NCBI GenBank assembly: GCA_965216875.1
Contig: OZ244207.1
Location: forward strand, 5,248,001-5,312,000
Source: Rubripirellula sp.
Lineage (GTDB): Bacteria > Planctomycetota > Planctomycetia > Pirellulales > Pirellulaceae
Length of the DNA: 64,000 bases
Direction: 5' to 3'
The position numbers and the translations under genes were made by a program. A model generated the notes under the pieces. The model was not told where the DNA came from, made no database searches, and worked only from the letters and a program-made list of their open reading frames with translations. Below are positions 49,771 through 61,713 of this stretch, piece after piece (position 1 is the stretch's first letter; each line of letters begins with the position of its first letter).

Positions 49771-52554
49771 ATGCCCCGTTCATCGCCACCACCGAAAGCA
49801 ACGCGTTCGAATGAACCCGAGCGTATGTGGGCGCTTGATACGTGCTTGGTCACGCTCTCGGGCTTGGTTCTTTACCTGATCATCACGCGGCTGAGCTTCG
49901 AGGACCCGCGTTGGTTGTACAACGCGTGGACCTACGCCGTCGCTGTACCTGCGATCGCGATCCTGCTGGCAATTTCCTTGCGAGCCTTCGCGAATCGTTT
50001 CGTTCAAAAGTCGGTGCAAATCGGCTTTTTATTCAGTGTCTGTCTGCACTTGGTTTTGTTGATCTTGGCGATCAATGTCGTGATCTTCGCAAAGTACTTT
50101 CCCGACGCGTTCGCGGGTGTGAAGCCAGAGCGGTCTCCGATTCACAAAACCGTTCCCGAACACATCTTCAAGTCACCACGTGAGACCGCGACGGCGCCCG
50201 ATTGGTCCGAACCTGTCGAATCTCAAACCGCTTCGCGGGTGATGCCAGAAGAGCAAAGGCAACTCCCACCGCTCGAGCAGACGCGTCCGCGTTTGGAAAT
50301 GCCCAAGCCACAACCTCAGCGACAACGCATTATCAAGCGAACCTTGATGCGACGCGTTCGGCCCGCGCAGACAAGACCGCAGCCAGCCAATACGCCATCG
50401 ATGCGTGCACGCCAGCAAGCCAATGACAGCCAGCAGGCGCAACCGCTTGAAGCTCCCAATGCTCCCGTCGTTCCGATTCAAGCGCAGGCCCAAGCGAGAA
50501 GCGTTGAGCGCGAGTTGACTCGCAGCGACCGCCGGCAAGCTTCATCCAACGCCGCGGCAATGCGATCGATGATGGCCGATCCATCACCTTCATCGATGTC
50601 GCTTCGCGTCCCCAACACAACGCCACTTTCAGAAGCTCGCAGCCGAACAACCGAATTACCCCAGGTCGGCGAAGTCGGCTTGAGTCAACAGCGTCGCCAA
50701 CGAACACGAGCCAACCAAATGCAACCGGCCGGCGCTGCCCCATCGCCACAAACGGTTGCGGTCGCGCGCTCCGACGCCTCGGCCGAGCGGATGCTCTCGC
50801 CCGTCGAAGTCCCGATGACTCAGCGTGGTCGCACTGCGGGAGCACAATTGCTCGCAGGAGAGAATGCAAGCTCCATGCTTGAATCGACAAGTGTGGCAAC
50901 GAGCGGCGCAGACCTCGCACGGAACAACGTTGCTGCACGAGCAGGCATCCCTAGTATCAGCGCGGGTGACGCAATGCGCGCGCCAGGACGCAGCCCGCGA
51001 GCGTCAACAGGAATTGGTTTTGCGCCAGCCGGCACACCAACGCCGGGAAGCTTGGCAAGCAACGCCAGCGGTGACGCGGCCATCGGAAATCAAGGCACCG
51101 GCAACCAGGCCACGGGGCAAGCGACATCGCAAGATTCAATGGGAACCGGTGACGTCGCAATCCAAGATCGCACCGGCAGCGGCGATCTGGATGCCAGTCG
51201 AAGTGCTCGACGTGGCGGCCGTGGTGCTTCACCCAATCTTTCGGATGTGGTCGCGGCCGGTCCCGCATTCGAAATCGACGCTCCCCTTGGGATGGCCGGC
51301 ATCGGTAATCGTGTCAGTCCCACGGCCGGGTTGATGCCCGCACCTGACATTCCGGACGTCACGGCGATGGAACTGAGCGATGCGCCCCGACCTCGACGCG
51401 AAGTCGGTGGACCAGCAGTCCCCGCCGGCACCGAAATCGCCGCTGTGGAATCGTTCAATCGCCGCATGATGCGGACACAAGGCGGCGCGCTCCCGACCCC
51501 CGCTGGCAAAGTCTTGCCGCCAACCGAGCAAGCGATCGAGCGTGGACTCGCCTATCTGGCAAGCACACAAAACGACGATGGAAGCTGGTCCCTCCAAGGT
51601 CATGGTGAGGAGGTATTGCTGCAAAGTGATACCGCCGCGACCGGACTCTGTTTGCTTGCCTTCCAAGGCGCTGGCTACACGCACCGTCAACATCAGTACG
51701 CCGATACCGTTAGCAAAGGGCTGCGTTTCCTTTTAAAGAACCAGCGCACGACCGGTGACTTGTTCCGCCCCGAAAACGCGTTGAGCAATCGAAACGTCGC
51801 ACTCTACAGCCACGGGATCGCCGCCTTGGCCCTTTCCGAAGCGTATGGGATGACCCAGGATCCTGAGCTGAAACCTGCCGCACAACTCGCACTCGATTTC
51901 ATTGCTGAAACGCAACACCCACAGCGCGGCGGTTGGCGTTACACGCCGGGCATCAGCTCGGACACGAGTGTGAGTGGGTGGATGATGATGTCGCTCAAAA
52001 GTGGTGAACTCGCCGGTTTGGAAGTTCCGCCACAAACTTATGATGGCGTCAACGATTGGTTGGCGCTTGCACAAAGCCCCGATCGCCCGGACCGGTATCG
52101 GTACAACCCGTTCGCTCCCAACACACCTTCACAGCGTCACGGTCGGATCCCAACTCCTACGATGACAGCCGTTGGGATGTTGATGCGGATGTACTCGGGG
52201 TGGCGACGCGAGCGCGAAGAGATGCAGTCGGCCGCCGACTATCTGCTCGACTTCCGTCCCAGTCTCGGCGACACCGATGATCCCAAGCGGGACGGCTACT
52301 ATTGGTACTACGCTACCCAAGTGATGTTCCACATGGGCGGCGATCATTGGGAAAAGTGGAACGAAGCGCTCAATCCGCTGCTGATCGAAGGCCAAATCCG
52401 CGACGGCGCGATGGCTGGAAGCTGGGATCCCGTTCGCCCCGTTCCTGACCGCTGGAGCCCACACGCCGGACGTTTGTACGTCACGACGATGAACCTGCTC
52501 AACCTCGAAGTCTTCTATCGGCATCTGCCAATCTACGACGACACCGCCGAGTGA
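49771..52554 (+). CDS. Membrane-anchored protein with Pro/Gln/Arg-rich linker and C-terminal prenyltransferase/squalene-oxidase-repeat domain
   Basis: Three N-terminal TMs including SVCLHLVLL (TonB-like S-x3-H); long low-complexity linker; AIERGLAYLASTQNDDGSW, GGWRY...SDTSVSGW, YYWYYATQ, GSWDP. Confidence 0.85.
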   Translation: MPRSSPPPKATRSNEPERMWALDTCLVTLSGLVLYLIITRLSFEDPRWLYNAWTYAVAVPAIAILLAISLRAFANRFVQKSVQIGFLFSVCLHLVLLILAINVVIFAKYFPDAFAGVKPERSPIHKTVPEHIFKSPRETATAPDWSEPVESQTASRVMPEEQRQLPPLEQTRPRLEMPKPQPQRQRIIKRTLMRRVRPAQTRPQPANTPSMRARQQANDSQQAQPLEAPNAPVVPIQAQAQARSVERELTRSDRRQASSNAAAMRSMMADPSPSSMSLRVPNTTPLSEARSRTTELPQVGEVGLSQQRRQRTRANQMQPAGAAPSPQTVAVARSDASAERMLSPVEVPMTQRGRTAGAQLLAGENASSMLESTSVATSGADLARNNVAARAGIPSISAGDAMRAPGRSPRASTGIGFAPAGTPTPGSLASNASGDAAIGNQGTGNQATGQATSQDSMGTGDVAIQDRTGSGDLDASRSARRGGRGASPNLSDVVAAGPAFEIDAPLGMAGIGNRVSPTAGLMPAPDIPDVTAMELSDAPRPRREVGGPAVPAGTEIAAVESFNRRMMRTQGGALPTPAGKVLPPTEQAIERGLAYLASTQNDDGSWSLQGHGEEVLLQSDTAATGLCLLAFQGAGYTHRQHQYADTVSKGLRFLLKNQRTTGDLFRPENALSNRNVALYSHGIAALALSEAYGMTQDPELKPAAQLALDFIAETQHPQRGGWRYTPGISSDTSVSGWMMMSLKSGELAGLEVPPQTYDGVNDWLALAQSPDRPDRYRYNPFAPNTPSQRHGRIPTPTMTAVGMLMRMYSGWRREREEMQSAADYLLDFRPSLGDTDDPKRDGYYWYYATQVMFHMGGDHWEKWNEALNPLLIEGQIRDGAMAGSWDPVRPVPDRWSPHAGRLYVTTMNLLNLEVFYRHLPIYDDTAE

Positions 52555-52565
52555 TTTCAACGTCG

Positions 52566-52679
52566 CGTGTGTACTTGAACGCACCGCGGGAGGGCGAGGC
52601 TCCCGCCGAGCTGTAGGGTGTGTGCTTGCACGCACCAAGAACAAATTCCCCCACGTGAGTTCGGTGCGTACACGTCTAC
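52566..52679. repeat. REP cluster
   Basis: GGGAGGGCGAGGCTCCCGCCGAGC and GTAGGGTGTGTGCTTGCACGCACC (52613; identical to the copy at 29069). Confidence 0.8.
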
Positions 52680-55600
52680 TTCGACAGTGCACTCACGAGA
52701 TCGCGAAGCGCTGACTGCTTCTGTTGGCCGTCATGAAAATCGAACGCGCGATAGTAGCGTAGATCGAGTCGCTTGTCCGCAACGTCTTTTGCGATGATCT
52801 GGCCGAGATATCCCGCCGCATTGGGCGTCCGAGCGCGCCAGATGATGTCTCGCCCCGCTGGCGAATCCCAGTCTTCACCCACGGTTTCGAGCCACGCGTC
52901 CAAACACTCGGACCAACGATGTTCGGCTGCGATACCGAGCGCCTCGAGGTACCATCGGTCTTGGCCGTCATGTGCCTGAGCAAGACTTGCCCATACCTTC
53001 GGCATCTCGGCCGACGTGTCATGTCGCAATGCGATCGCGGCCTCACGTCGAACCTGGGCTGATCCGTCACTGGCGAGCATCTTCGCTACCGGCAAGCCAT
53101 TACCGAACTGACTTGCCATGCGAACACCCACACAGCGAATGTCCACATCGTCATCGCTAACGGCGAGTGCCACGGCCGCCGACGCGTCCACTTTAGAAAG
53201 AACCCAAAGCAATCGAGCCTTGTATCGCTCGTTGGTGGCACGTCGAATCTTTTGCAAGAGAACAAGCTTGGCAGAGTCGCCCATGTTCGTCACCGCGCGT
53301 CGAGCCAGAAATCGGGTGGCGAGGTTGGGACTTTCCAACGCTGCGACCGCACCTTCGGGTGACGCCAGATCGAGTTCGCCAACGTCGTACCCGCGATGAG
53401 ATGTCGGAACAATTCGAAAGATTCGACCGCGCGACAGATCGCCCATCCGATGACCGCCCACGCCCGGATCATACCAGTCGGCAACAAATAGCGATCCATC
53501 GGGCCCCACGCAAACGTCCGACGGTCGAAACCATTTATCAGCTACCCCAACCAACAACGGTTCGATACTCGCCTCGTAGCCCGCACCCGACTTGGTGGAC
53601 GGATAGGCACGAACAACGTTTGGCCCTGCATCACAATGGACGACTTGATTGCGAAAACGCTCGGGAAGCAACGTTCCTTCGTAGACAGTGATTCCCGTTG
53701 GGGACCCAGCGCCGGTTTGCAGCAAATTGGGAACGACACCCGGATCATTCAAATGCCAATGACGACGCGAAACGTCCTCAATCGCTCCGGTCCGTGCGGC
53801 ACGCCATCCCGCGCCGTTGATCTCACTTTGGTACCCATAATTTCCATAAGGCATCACGTAATTGATTCGGACGGCACGGTTGCCATCGTCATCGTTATCT
53901 GACTGCCACATCGTCCCAAAGGAATCGACGCAAACTTCCCAGTTGTTGCGGAAGTTCCAACCAAGCGTTTCAACTTCGCTGCCGTCCAAGTTGCAGCGAA
54001 AGACCATACCTTGTCGGTAAGCCGCGGAACCTTCGGCGACAACGTTGCCAGCTTGATCGATGACGGGCTTTCCATCAGCGTCACAGAGCTGCTTGCCTTC
54101 GTTTCCAAAGTTGAAATAGAGCTTGCCGTCGGGCCCAGCGTTGAAGGCGTGGATCCCATGATCGTGCTGGACGCCACCAATCCCTGAAAAGAGCACACGT
54201 TTTTCATCGGCTTTCAAGTCTCCGTCTCTATCGGTAAAGACGAAAACGTTGCTTCCCGCAGAGACGATCACCTGGTCGCCTAGAACGCAAACGCCATGTG
54301 GCGAATCGATATCGCGTCCCTGATAGAAGACGGTTGATGTCTCGGCACGTCCGTCCCCATCACGGTCTTCGAGGACGAGGATCCGGTCTCCCTCTTCGCG
54401 AATCTTGTTGTACGGATTTCGAAAATTTCGGTAGTTGACTGCCTCACAAACCCAAACACGTCCCTTTGCATCGACGTCGATGCTCGTCGGGCTATGCATC
54501 ATCGGTTCGGCAGCGAACAACTGAACCTCGGTCCCCTCCGCGGCCTGCAGACCAGCGACGGCAGACTCAACCGATCGCTGATCGCCGACTTTGGCCGTCT
54601 CGTTCGCCGCAATCTGATGAAACGCGGTTTGATCGGGACTCTTTAGAAGTACCAAGTAGTCGATCAAATCCAACAACTGTTGCACGGACAGGTTTGAGTG
54701 CAAGTTCTCGGGCATCAATGAGATCGACTGCTTCGCCAACACATCGACATCGTCCGACGCGACATTCTTGTCGATTCCCTCGGCCGTGCGCAGGTGTACC
54801 TCGTCATCCGTCTTGCTGATCAACAACCCCGAGATGACGACACCGTCCAACGTAAGCAGCTGGTAGGTTTCGTAGTTGTGACTGATGCCTGCGCTCGGAT
54901 CGAGGATTGCGGTGTAGAGTGCTTCGCGCGAAAGCTTGCTGCCAATCTCTGAAAGGTCTGGTCCGACGTTCTTACCCTTGCCTTTGACTTGGTGGCAATT
55001 CGCGCAGGTTCCGACAGTATCAAAAACCTTCTTGCCAGCTTTGCCATCACCGCGCCGGCGGACAAGTTGGGAAATCGGAGGAAGCGGCTCGCTCTTGCCA
55101 GCCTGCGGGCGTTTGATGACCTGAGCTGCCTCGTCACGAATCTTTGCGTCCGCCGAACCGAGCAGCGCATTGGCTGCTGCAAATTGCACCTCCTCGGGCA
55201 GCTTTCCTTCGCGAGCAAGTGACAAGAGATAACGCTGTGAATCGAGCGAATGGCCAAGTGCCGCGGTTGCCGTTCGTTTGACCGACCGCGGTGCGGATGT
55301 CGACGTAACGAGCGGCTTCAACAGCTCGATCGATTGGCGATCGCGGACTCGACTCATCGCTTGCACAACCGCGAGGACGACCTTGGGATCATCCGCTTGA
55401 AGCAAGGCTCTGAGGCGTCCTGGCTGGGTTTTTAATAACCGGCGGGCGGCCGCCGTGCCCAGTGTGGATTCGGGATCGGCAAGCATCAATTGTTCCAACT
55501 GGTCGCCGCGATCGCGCACGTCAAAACGCTCGATCAGATCAACATACGCATCGGTTCCGACGATCGAATCGAGATATCGATCCATCGCCTCGGCCACAGC

Positions 55601-55780
55601 GGCATTCTCAGCCAGCTCAAAACCTGGAATTCGGGTGATCGCTTCGACGATCGCCTGGTCTGCCGGATCTGGCGTCGAAGGCTCGTTGGCAGTAACAAAC
55701 CGACTACCCATCGTGAAGCAAGAGAAAGCGGTTGCAGCGCAGAAGGCCAACCGGCACGCGCGGCGTAGGAAGTGGACCAT
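52676..55780 (-). CDS. PVC-type heme-binding (CxxCH) / membrane-bound dehydrogenase-domain protein with HEAT repeats
   Basis: CANCH...VGPDLS..G...ILDPS...S.MP heme domain; LFAAEP...DAKGRVWVCE, FRNNWE, SDNDDD, DWYDPGVGGH propeller; HEAT repeats. Confidence 0.9.
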   Translation of the reverse strand: MVHFLRRACRLAFCAATAFSCFTMGSRFVTANEPSTPDPADQAIVEAITRIPGFELAENAAVAEAMDRYLDSIVGTDAYVDLIERFDVRDRGDQLEQLMLADPESTLGTAAARRLLKTQPGRLRALLQADDPKVVLAVVQAMSRVRDRQSIELLKPLVTSTSAPRSVKRTATAALGHSLDSQRYLLSLAREGKLPEEVQFAAANALLGSADAKIRDEAAQVIKRPQAGKSEPLPPISQLVRRRGDGKAGKKVFDTVGTCANCHQVKGKGKNVGPDLSEIGSKLSREALYTAILDPSAGISHNYETYQLLTLDGVVISGLLISKTDDEVHLRTAEGIDKNVASDDVDVLAKQSISLMPENLHSNLSVQQLLDLIDYLVLLKSPDQTAFHQIAANETAKVGDQRSVESAVAGLQAAEGTEVQLFAAEPMMHSPTSIDVDAKGRVWVCEAVNYRNFRNPYNKIREEGDRILVLEDRDGDGRAETSTVFYQGRDIDSPHGVCVLGDQVIVSAGSNVFVFTDRDGDLKADEKRVLFSGIGGVQHDHGIHAFNAGPDGKLYFNFGNEGKQLCDADGKPVIDQAGNVVAEGSAAYRQGMVFRCNLDGSEVETLGWNFRNNWEVCVDSFGTMWQSDNDDDGNRAVRINYVMPYGNYGYQSEINGAGWRAARTGAIEDVSRRHWHLNDPGVVPNLLQTGAGSPTGITVYEGTLLPERFRNQVVHCDAGPNVVRAYPSTKSGAGYEASIEPLLVGVADKWFRPSDVCVGPDGSLFVADWYDPGVGGHRMGDLSRGRIFRIVPTSHRGYDVGELDLASPEGAVAALESPNLATRFLARRAVTNMGDSAKLVLLQKIRRATNERYKARLLWVLSKVDASAAVALAVSDDDVDIRCVGVRMASQFGNGLPVAKMLASDGSAQVRREAAIALRHDTSAEMPKVWASLAQAHDGQDRWYLEALGIAAEHRWSECLDAWLETVGEDWDSPAGRDIIWRARTPNAAGYLGQIIAKDVADKRLDLRYYRAFDFHDGQQKQSALRDLVSALSK

Positions 55781-55864
55781 CGAGTCCCTTTCAATCTTGG
55801 TGGTGGAGGTAAGATCCGACACATCGCCGCAAACGTGTCGCCCACCATCTTATACAGGCCGCCA

Positions 55865-55916
55865 CACTTTCCTAGTGACGGGCACTTTCCTAGTGACGGG
55901 CACTTTCCGAGTGACC
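55865..55916. repeat. 18-bp tandem repeat, about 3 copies
   Basis: CACTTTCCTAGTGACGGG x2 plus CACTTTCCGAGTGACC. Confidence 0.9.
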
Positions 55917-56104
55917 TTGTCGGCTGGCCGCCGCGCTCACCAGAGCGTGGATCCGAACCGCAGTTTGCAGTCACAAGCTCTGGCGGAATCTTCAAGCCCT
56001 TCCAACGAAAGCCGGGCCGGCAAACGGGAACCCGCCCCCTGTATCGGGTAGGATGTTTGTTCTCATACCCGAACGATCTCCCCACCTCGCGACCGTGACA
56101 TCCA

Positions 56105-57904
<1,800 letters not shown>

Positions 57905-57913
57905 TCATCGCCC

Positions 57914-57979
57914 CGTTTGTAGTACCGAGCTTTAGCCGGAATCTTCAGTCTTTCCCGCCAAAAGGCTGTCCTACAAACG
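57914..57979. repeat. Degenerate GTAG REP doublet
   Basis: CGTTTGTAGTACCGAGCTTTAGCCGGAAT...CCGCCAAAAGGCTGTCCTACAAACG. Confidence 0.7.
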
Positions 57980-57988
57980 TGATTGCAA

Positions 57989-58399
57989 CTAGCGGCTCGC
58001 GAAACGATTCGAGTCAGTCGTCTCCGCCACAGGGACTTTTTCCTCTGCCGAATGCAGTCCGTTCACGTCCAATTCTTCGGGCAGTGAGCGCGGCACAAAC
58101 GGCTCGAATAGATCTCGCGCTGCGACCCACAGGAGTTTTCCGGCTGCGATCACCACGGCAATCAAGAGCGCAACCAGAAAGGCGTCGACCAACCCGAATC
58201 GTGCCGTTTTCACGATCGCGAAGTAGACCGCCGCGATTCCGACGAAACCGCACAGCCGCGCGATGCTGAATCGCCTAAGCCGCTTGATCAATCGAGGCTC
58301 GAAGATCACCTTCAAATCGCCAGCCGTGTCACGGACCGATACGAAAAGGTAAATCGCCGCGAACGCCGCTAGGATGACTGCTAAGACGAGCCTCGCCAA
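57989..58399 (-). CDS. Hypothetical membrane protein (3 TM)
   Basis: GAGGAG RBS upstream of TTG; three hydrophobic segments; RFSIARL motif. Confidence 0.6.
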   Translation of the reverse strand: MARLVLAVILAAFAAIYLFVSVRDTAGDLKVIFEPRLIKRLRRFSIARLCGFVGIAAVYFAIVKTARFGLVDAFLVALLIAVVIAAGKLLWVAARDLFEPFVPRSLPEELDVNGLHSAEEKVPVAETTDSNRFASR

Positions 58400-58464
58400 T
58401 GGATGTCTCCTCGATCGTGAATGCCTTCTCTCAAGGTCGAAAACTCAACCTCATGAGGGCGCAC

Positions 58465-58498
58465 AAAAAACGACCGAACGCATCGCGGCGTCCGGTCG
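58465..58498 (-). terminator. Rho-independent terminator of xylA
   Basis: Minus strand: CGACCGGACGC-CGCGAT-GCGTTCGGTCG then TTTTTT, about 25 nt after the xylA stop. Confidence 0.8.
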
Positions 58499-58521
58499 AA
58501 GTGTAACGCTTCACGGGCGAA

Positions 58522-59841
58522 CTAGACGCGGTCGATGTATTTGTTGACCACGCTCTCGAGCAATTCTTGGCGGCCGCTTTTGTTTGCGTCGACTTCGCCT
58601 TTTTCAAGCATGTAGGCTTCGAGTTCTTTGAAGCCCACTTCGCCCGCTTCGATCTTGGCACCGATGCCACTATCAAAACTGCTGTATCGCTCGGAAACAA
58701 AGCCTTCGAGCGCGTTGTCAGCACGAATCGCGGCGGCAATTTTCAAGCCTTTGGCAAACGCGTCGATGCTGCCGATGTGAGCGTGGAACAAATCGATTGG
58801 CTCGAATGACTCACGACGAACCTTGGCGTCGAAGTTGACCCCACCGCTGCCGAGACCACCGTGCTTGAGGATGTAATACATCATCTGGGTTGTCAGGTAG
58901 TAGTCGGTTCCGAACTGGTCAGTGTCCCAACCCAACAGCATGTCACCAGTATTTGCGTCGATGCTGCCAAGTGCACCCTGTGAGCCTGCGTAGTCAAGCT
59001 CGTGCATCATGGTGTGACCGGCCAAAGTGGCGTGGTTCGTTTCGAGGTTCAACTTGAAGTGATCGGTCAAGTCGTAAGCACGCAAGAAGTTCAAGCACGC
59101 CGCAGCGTCGCTGTCGTATTGGTGCTTGGTTGGCTCCTTTGGCTTTGGCTCGATCAGGAACTGACCGGTGAATCCGATCTCTTTGGCATAGTCGACCGCC
59201 ATGTGAAAGAACTTGGCCAAGTGGTCGAGTTCTCGTTTCATGTCAGTGTTGTAAAGGTTTTGGTAACCTTCGCGGCCACCCCAAAAGACGTAGTTCTCGC
59301 CACCAAGTCGCTTGGTGACTTCCATGGCTTTCTTAACTTGAGCGGCTGAGTAAGCGAACACGTCCGCATTGCAACTTGTTGCTGCACCGTGCATGAAGCG
59401 AGGGTTGCTGAACATGTTGGCGGTACCCCAAAGCAGCTTCACGCCACTTCGGTTTTGCTCTTCTTCCAACACGTCGGCAACCGCGTCAAAGTTGCTGTGT
59501 GACTCGGCCAGCGTTGCACCCTCGGGAGCGACGTCGCGATCGTGAAACGCATAGTAGGGAGCTTGCAGTTTTTCGAAGAGTTCGAATGCGGCACGCGCGC
59601 GGTTCTGAGCATTTTCTACCGACTCGGTGCCATCGTCCCATGGGCGGACCATTGTGCCCGCACCAAAAGGGTCCGCTCCGGTGCCACGGAATGTGTGCCA
59701 GTAGACGATCGAAAAGCGGAAGTGATCCTTCATCGACTTGCCTTCGATCATTTCGTCGGGGTTGTACCAACGAAAAGCAAGGGGGTTGTCGCTGCTGGGG
59801 CCTTCGTACTTGATGACAGGAACGTCAGGGAATGCACTCAT
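58522..59841 (-). CDS. xylA: Xylose isomerase (class II)
   Basis: [43 protein letters not shown] 59841. Confidence 0.97.
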   Translation of the reverse strand: MSAFPDVPVIKYEGPSSDNPLAFRWYNPDEMIEGKSMKDHFRFSIVYWHTFRGTGADPFGAGTMVRPWDDGTESVENAQNRARAAFELFEKLQAPYYAFHDRDVAPEGATLAESHSNFDAVADVLEEEQNRSGVKLLWGTANMFSNPRFMHGAATSCNADVFAYSAAQVKKAMEVTKRLGGENYVFWGGREGYQNLYNTDMKRELDHLAKFFHMAVDYAKEIGFTGQFLIEPKPKEPTKHQYDSDAAACLNFLRAYDLTDHFKLNLETNHATLAGHTMMHELDYAGSQGALGSIDANTGDMLLGWDTDQFGTDYYLTTQMMYYILKHGGLGSGGVNFDAKVRRESFEPIDLFHAHIGSIDAFAKGLKIAAAIRADNALEGFVSERYSSFDSGIGAKIEAGEVGFKELEAYMLEKGEVDANKSGRQELLESVVNKYIDRV

Positions 59842-60004
59842 CGTGGGCGCGTCCAATCTCTCTATATCTATTGGTTCGGTCAGTGGAATGTGCCCGTAGT
59901 ATCCGGCGGATTCAAAACATCGACAAGCGGTCGTCAATTGAGAATGAGCCGCAAAACTTTGAGATCTGTCACCACAAATTGGGGCATTTCCCTCGTTACG
60001 CCGC

Positions 60005-60155
60005 TCCGGCCGCGTACGCGATCGTGGCCCACAGGAGCGCGCATCCGTAGCTACCTTCGCCAGAAGGTGGGATGTGCTGAGAAAGGCGATCGACCACACC
60101 ACGCTCGGACCGAGCGTAACGACGTTGGGTGCAAGGCTAGCGCGTTCGGCTCACA
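60005..60155. repeat. Composite REP cluster in the divergent xylA/sulfatase spacer
   Basis: GTAGCTACCTTCGCCAGAAGGTGG (60047)...CCACGCTCGGACCGAGCGTAACGAC; GCTAGCGCGTTCGGCTCAC. Confidence 0.82.
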
Positions 60156-60247
60156 GGTGGGCAACACGGCGCCAAACCCTGAGGCCACTCAACTATGATG
60201 ATTCTCCTCTCCCTCCAAACTGCCCCACCGACCGAGACCCACTCCTC

Positions 60248-61678
60248 ATGCTGCGTTCCGCTCTCTTTGCGTTTCTCGCCCTGTTGTCAGCACCTGCCTT
60301 GTCGGTAGCCAATCCGACATCGCATCCGCAAGACACTCGTCCCAACTTTGTCGTCATCTTTTGCGACGATCTGGGCTGGGGCGATCTCTCCTGTTACGGG
60401 CATCCGACCATCGCAACTCCGCACTTGGACGCGATGGCCGCCGAGGGAATGAAGATGACCCAATTCTATGTGGCTTCAAGCGTCTGCACGCCAAGCCGCG
60501 CGGCGTTGTTGACGGGACGCTATCCCGCTCGAACGGGCATGTGCGGCAGGCGTCGCGTCCTGTTTCCCGACTCGGTGGGTGGGATTCAAAAGAGCGAACT
60601 CACGATCGCGGAAATGCTCCAATCCAATGGCTACCGCACGGGAATGGTCGGCAAATGGCACCTCGGCCACCTGCCCGAGTTTTTGCCCACCGAACATGGA
60701 TTCGACAGTTACTACGGAATCCCCTACAGCAACGACATGGACAACGTTGCGCCGAAATCAAAACGTGGCCGAGCCGTTTTCATCGACCCTGACTTTCGAC
60801 ATTTCAATGTTCCGCTTCTGAAAGGCATCCGTGGCAAAGAGGTCCAACAAATTGAACGTCCGACCGACCAGCGCACGATCACTCGCCGATATGCCAACGA
60901 AGCGGTCGACTTCATCCGTGACGCGGCCGATTCGAAACAACCCTTCTTCCTTTACTTGGCTCACTCGTTGCCTCACGTTCCGCTGTTTCGCCACGAGGAC
61001 TTTGCTGGTCATTCGCGCGCAGGCCTCTATGGCGATGTGATCGAAGAGATCGATTGGAGTGTTGGACAAATTCTTGATGAATTACGTGATCGAAACCTGG
61101 CTGAAAACACTCTTGTCGTTTTCACGAGTGACAATGGACCTTGGTTGACGTTCGGCGACCAAGGCGGTTCGGCCGGCCCTCTCCGCAATGGCAAAGGAAC
61201 AACCTTCGAAGGCGGCATGCGCGTGCCGGGAATCTTTTGGATGCCAGGTACTGTTCCGACCGGCGCAACGAACACCGAACTCGCCAGCACACTTGATTTG
61301 TTGCCCACGTTCGCGGCGATGAGCAGCACAAACCTTCCCAGTGACTTGGTGCTCGATGGTTTCGATTTGTCAGCGATGTTGTCCGGAAATGCGCCAAGCC
61401 CGCGCAAGTCAATGTTCTTCTATCGCGACTACAGACTAATGGCGATCCGGCACGGACGTTTCAAGGCGCACTACATCACGCAAGACAGTTACGTCCCGGG
61501 GGCAAACAAAGCGACCAATCACCAGCCGCCTCTTCTGTACGACTTGGAGATTGATCTTGGTGAAAAACGAAACCTGGCCAAGACCAAACTCGACGTGCTT
61601 GCCGACATCGAACGGGTCCGCACCGAGCATCAATCGCAGATGAAGTTTGCAGACAGTCAACTCGACCGCAAACCGTAA
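60248..61678 (+). CDS. Sulfatase (Cys-type, formylglycine-dependent), exported
   Basis: PNFVVIFCDDLG, CTPSRAALLTGR, GKWHLG, FTSDNG, EGGMRVP. Confidence 0.95.
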   Translation: MLRSALFAFLALLSAPALSVANPTSHPQDTRPNFVVIFCDDLGWGDLSCYGHPTIATPHLDAMAAEGMKMTQFYVASSVCTPSRAALLTGRYPARTGMCGRRRVLFPDSVGGIQKSELTIAEMLQSNGYRTGMVGKWHLGHLPEFLPTEHGFDSYYGIPYSNDMDNVAPKSKRGRAVFIDPDFRHFNVPLLKGIRGKEVQQIERPTDQRTITRRYANEAVDFIRDAADSKQPFFLYLAHSLPHVPLFRHEDFAGHSRAGLYGDVIEEIDWSVGQILDELRDRNLAENTLVVFTSDNGPWLTFGDQGGSAGPLRNGKGTTFEGGMRVPGIFWMPGTVPTGATNTELASTLDLLPTFAAMSSTNLPSDLVLDGFDLSAMLSGNAPSPRKSMFFYRDYRLMAIRHGRFKAHYITQDSYVPGANKATNHQPPLLYDLEIDLGEKRNLAKTKLDVLADIERVRTEHQSQMKFADSQLDRKP

Positions 61679-61713
61679 GTTGATTCGAGAAAGAGTCCTG
61701 AAGCCAGTTTCGG

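Noticed and set aside
55865..55916. Possible mini-CRISPR array
   Set aside because: The repeats are contiguous 18-mers without unique spacers, and there are no cas genes
59842..60247. Long N-terminal extensions of xylA (526 aa) and the sulfatase (534 aa) in the ORF track
   Set aside because: The extensions run through REP repeats; family-typical starts are at 59841 and 60248
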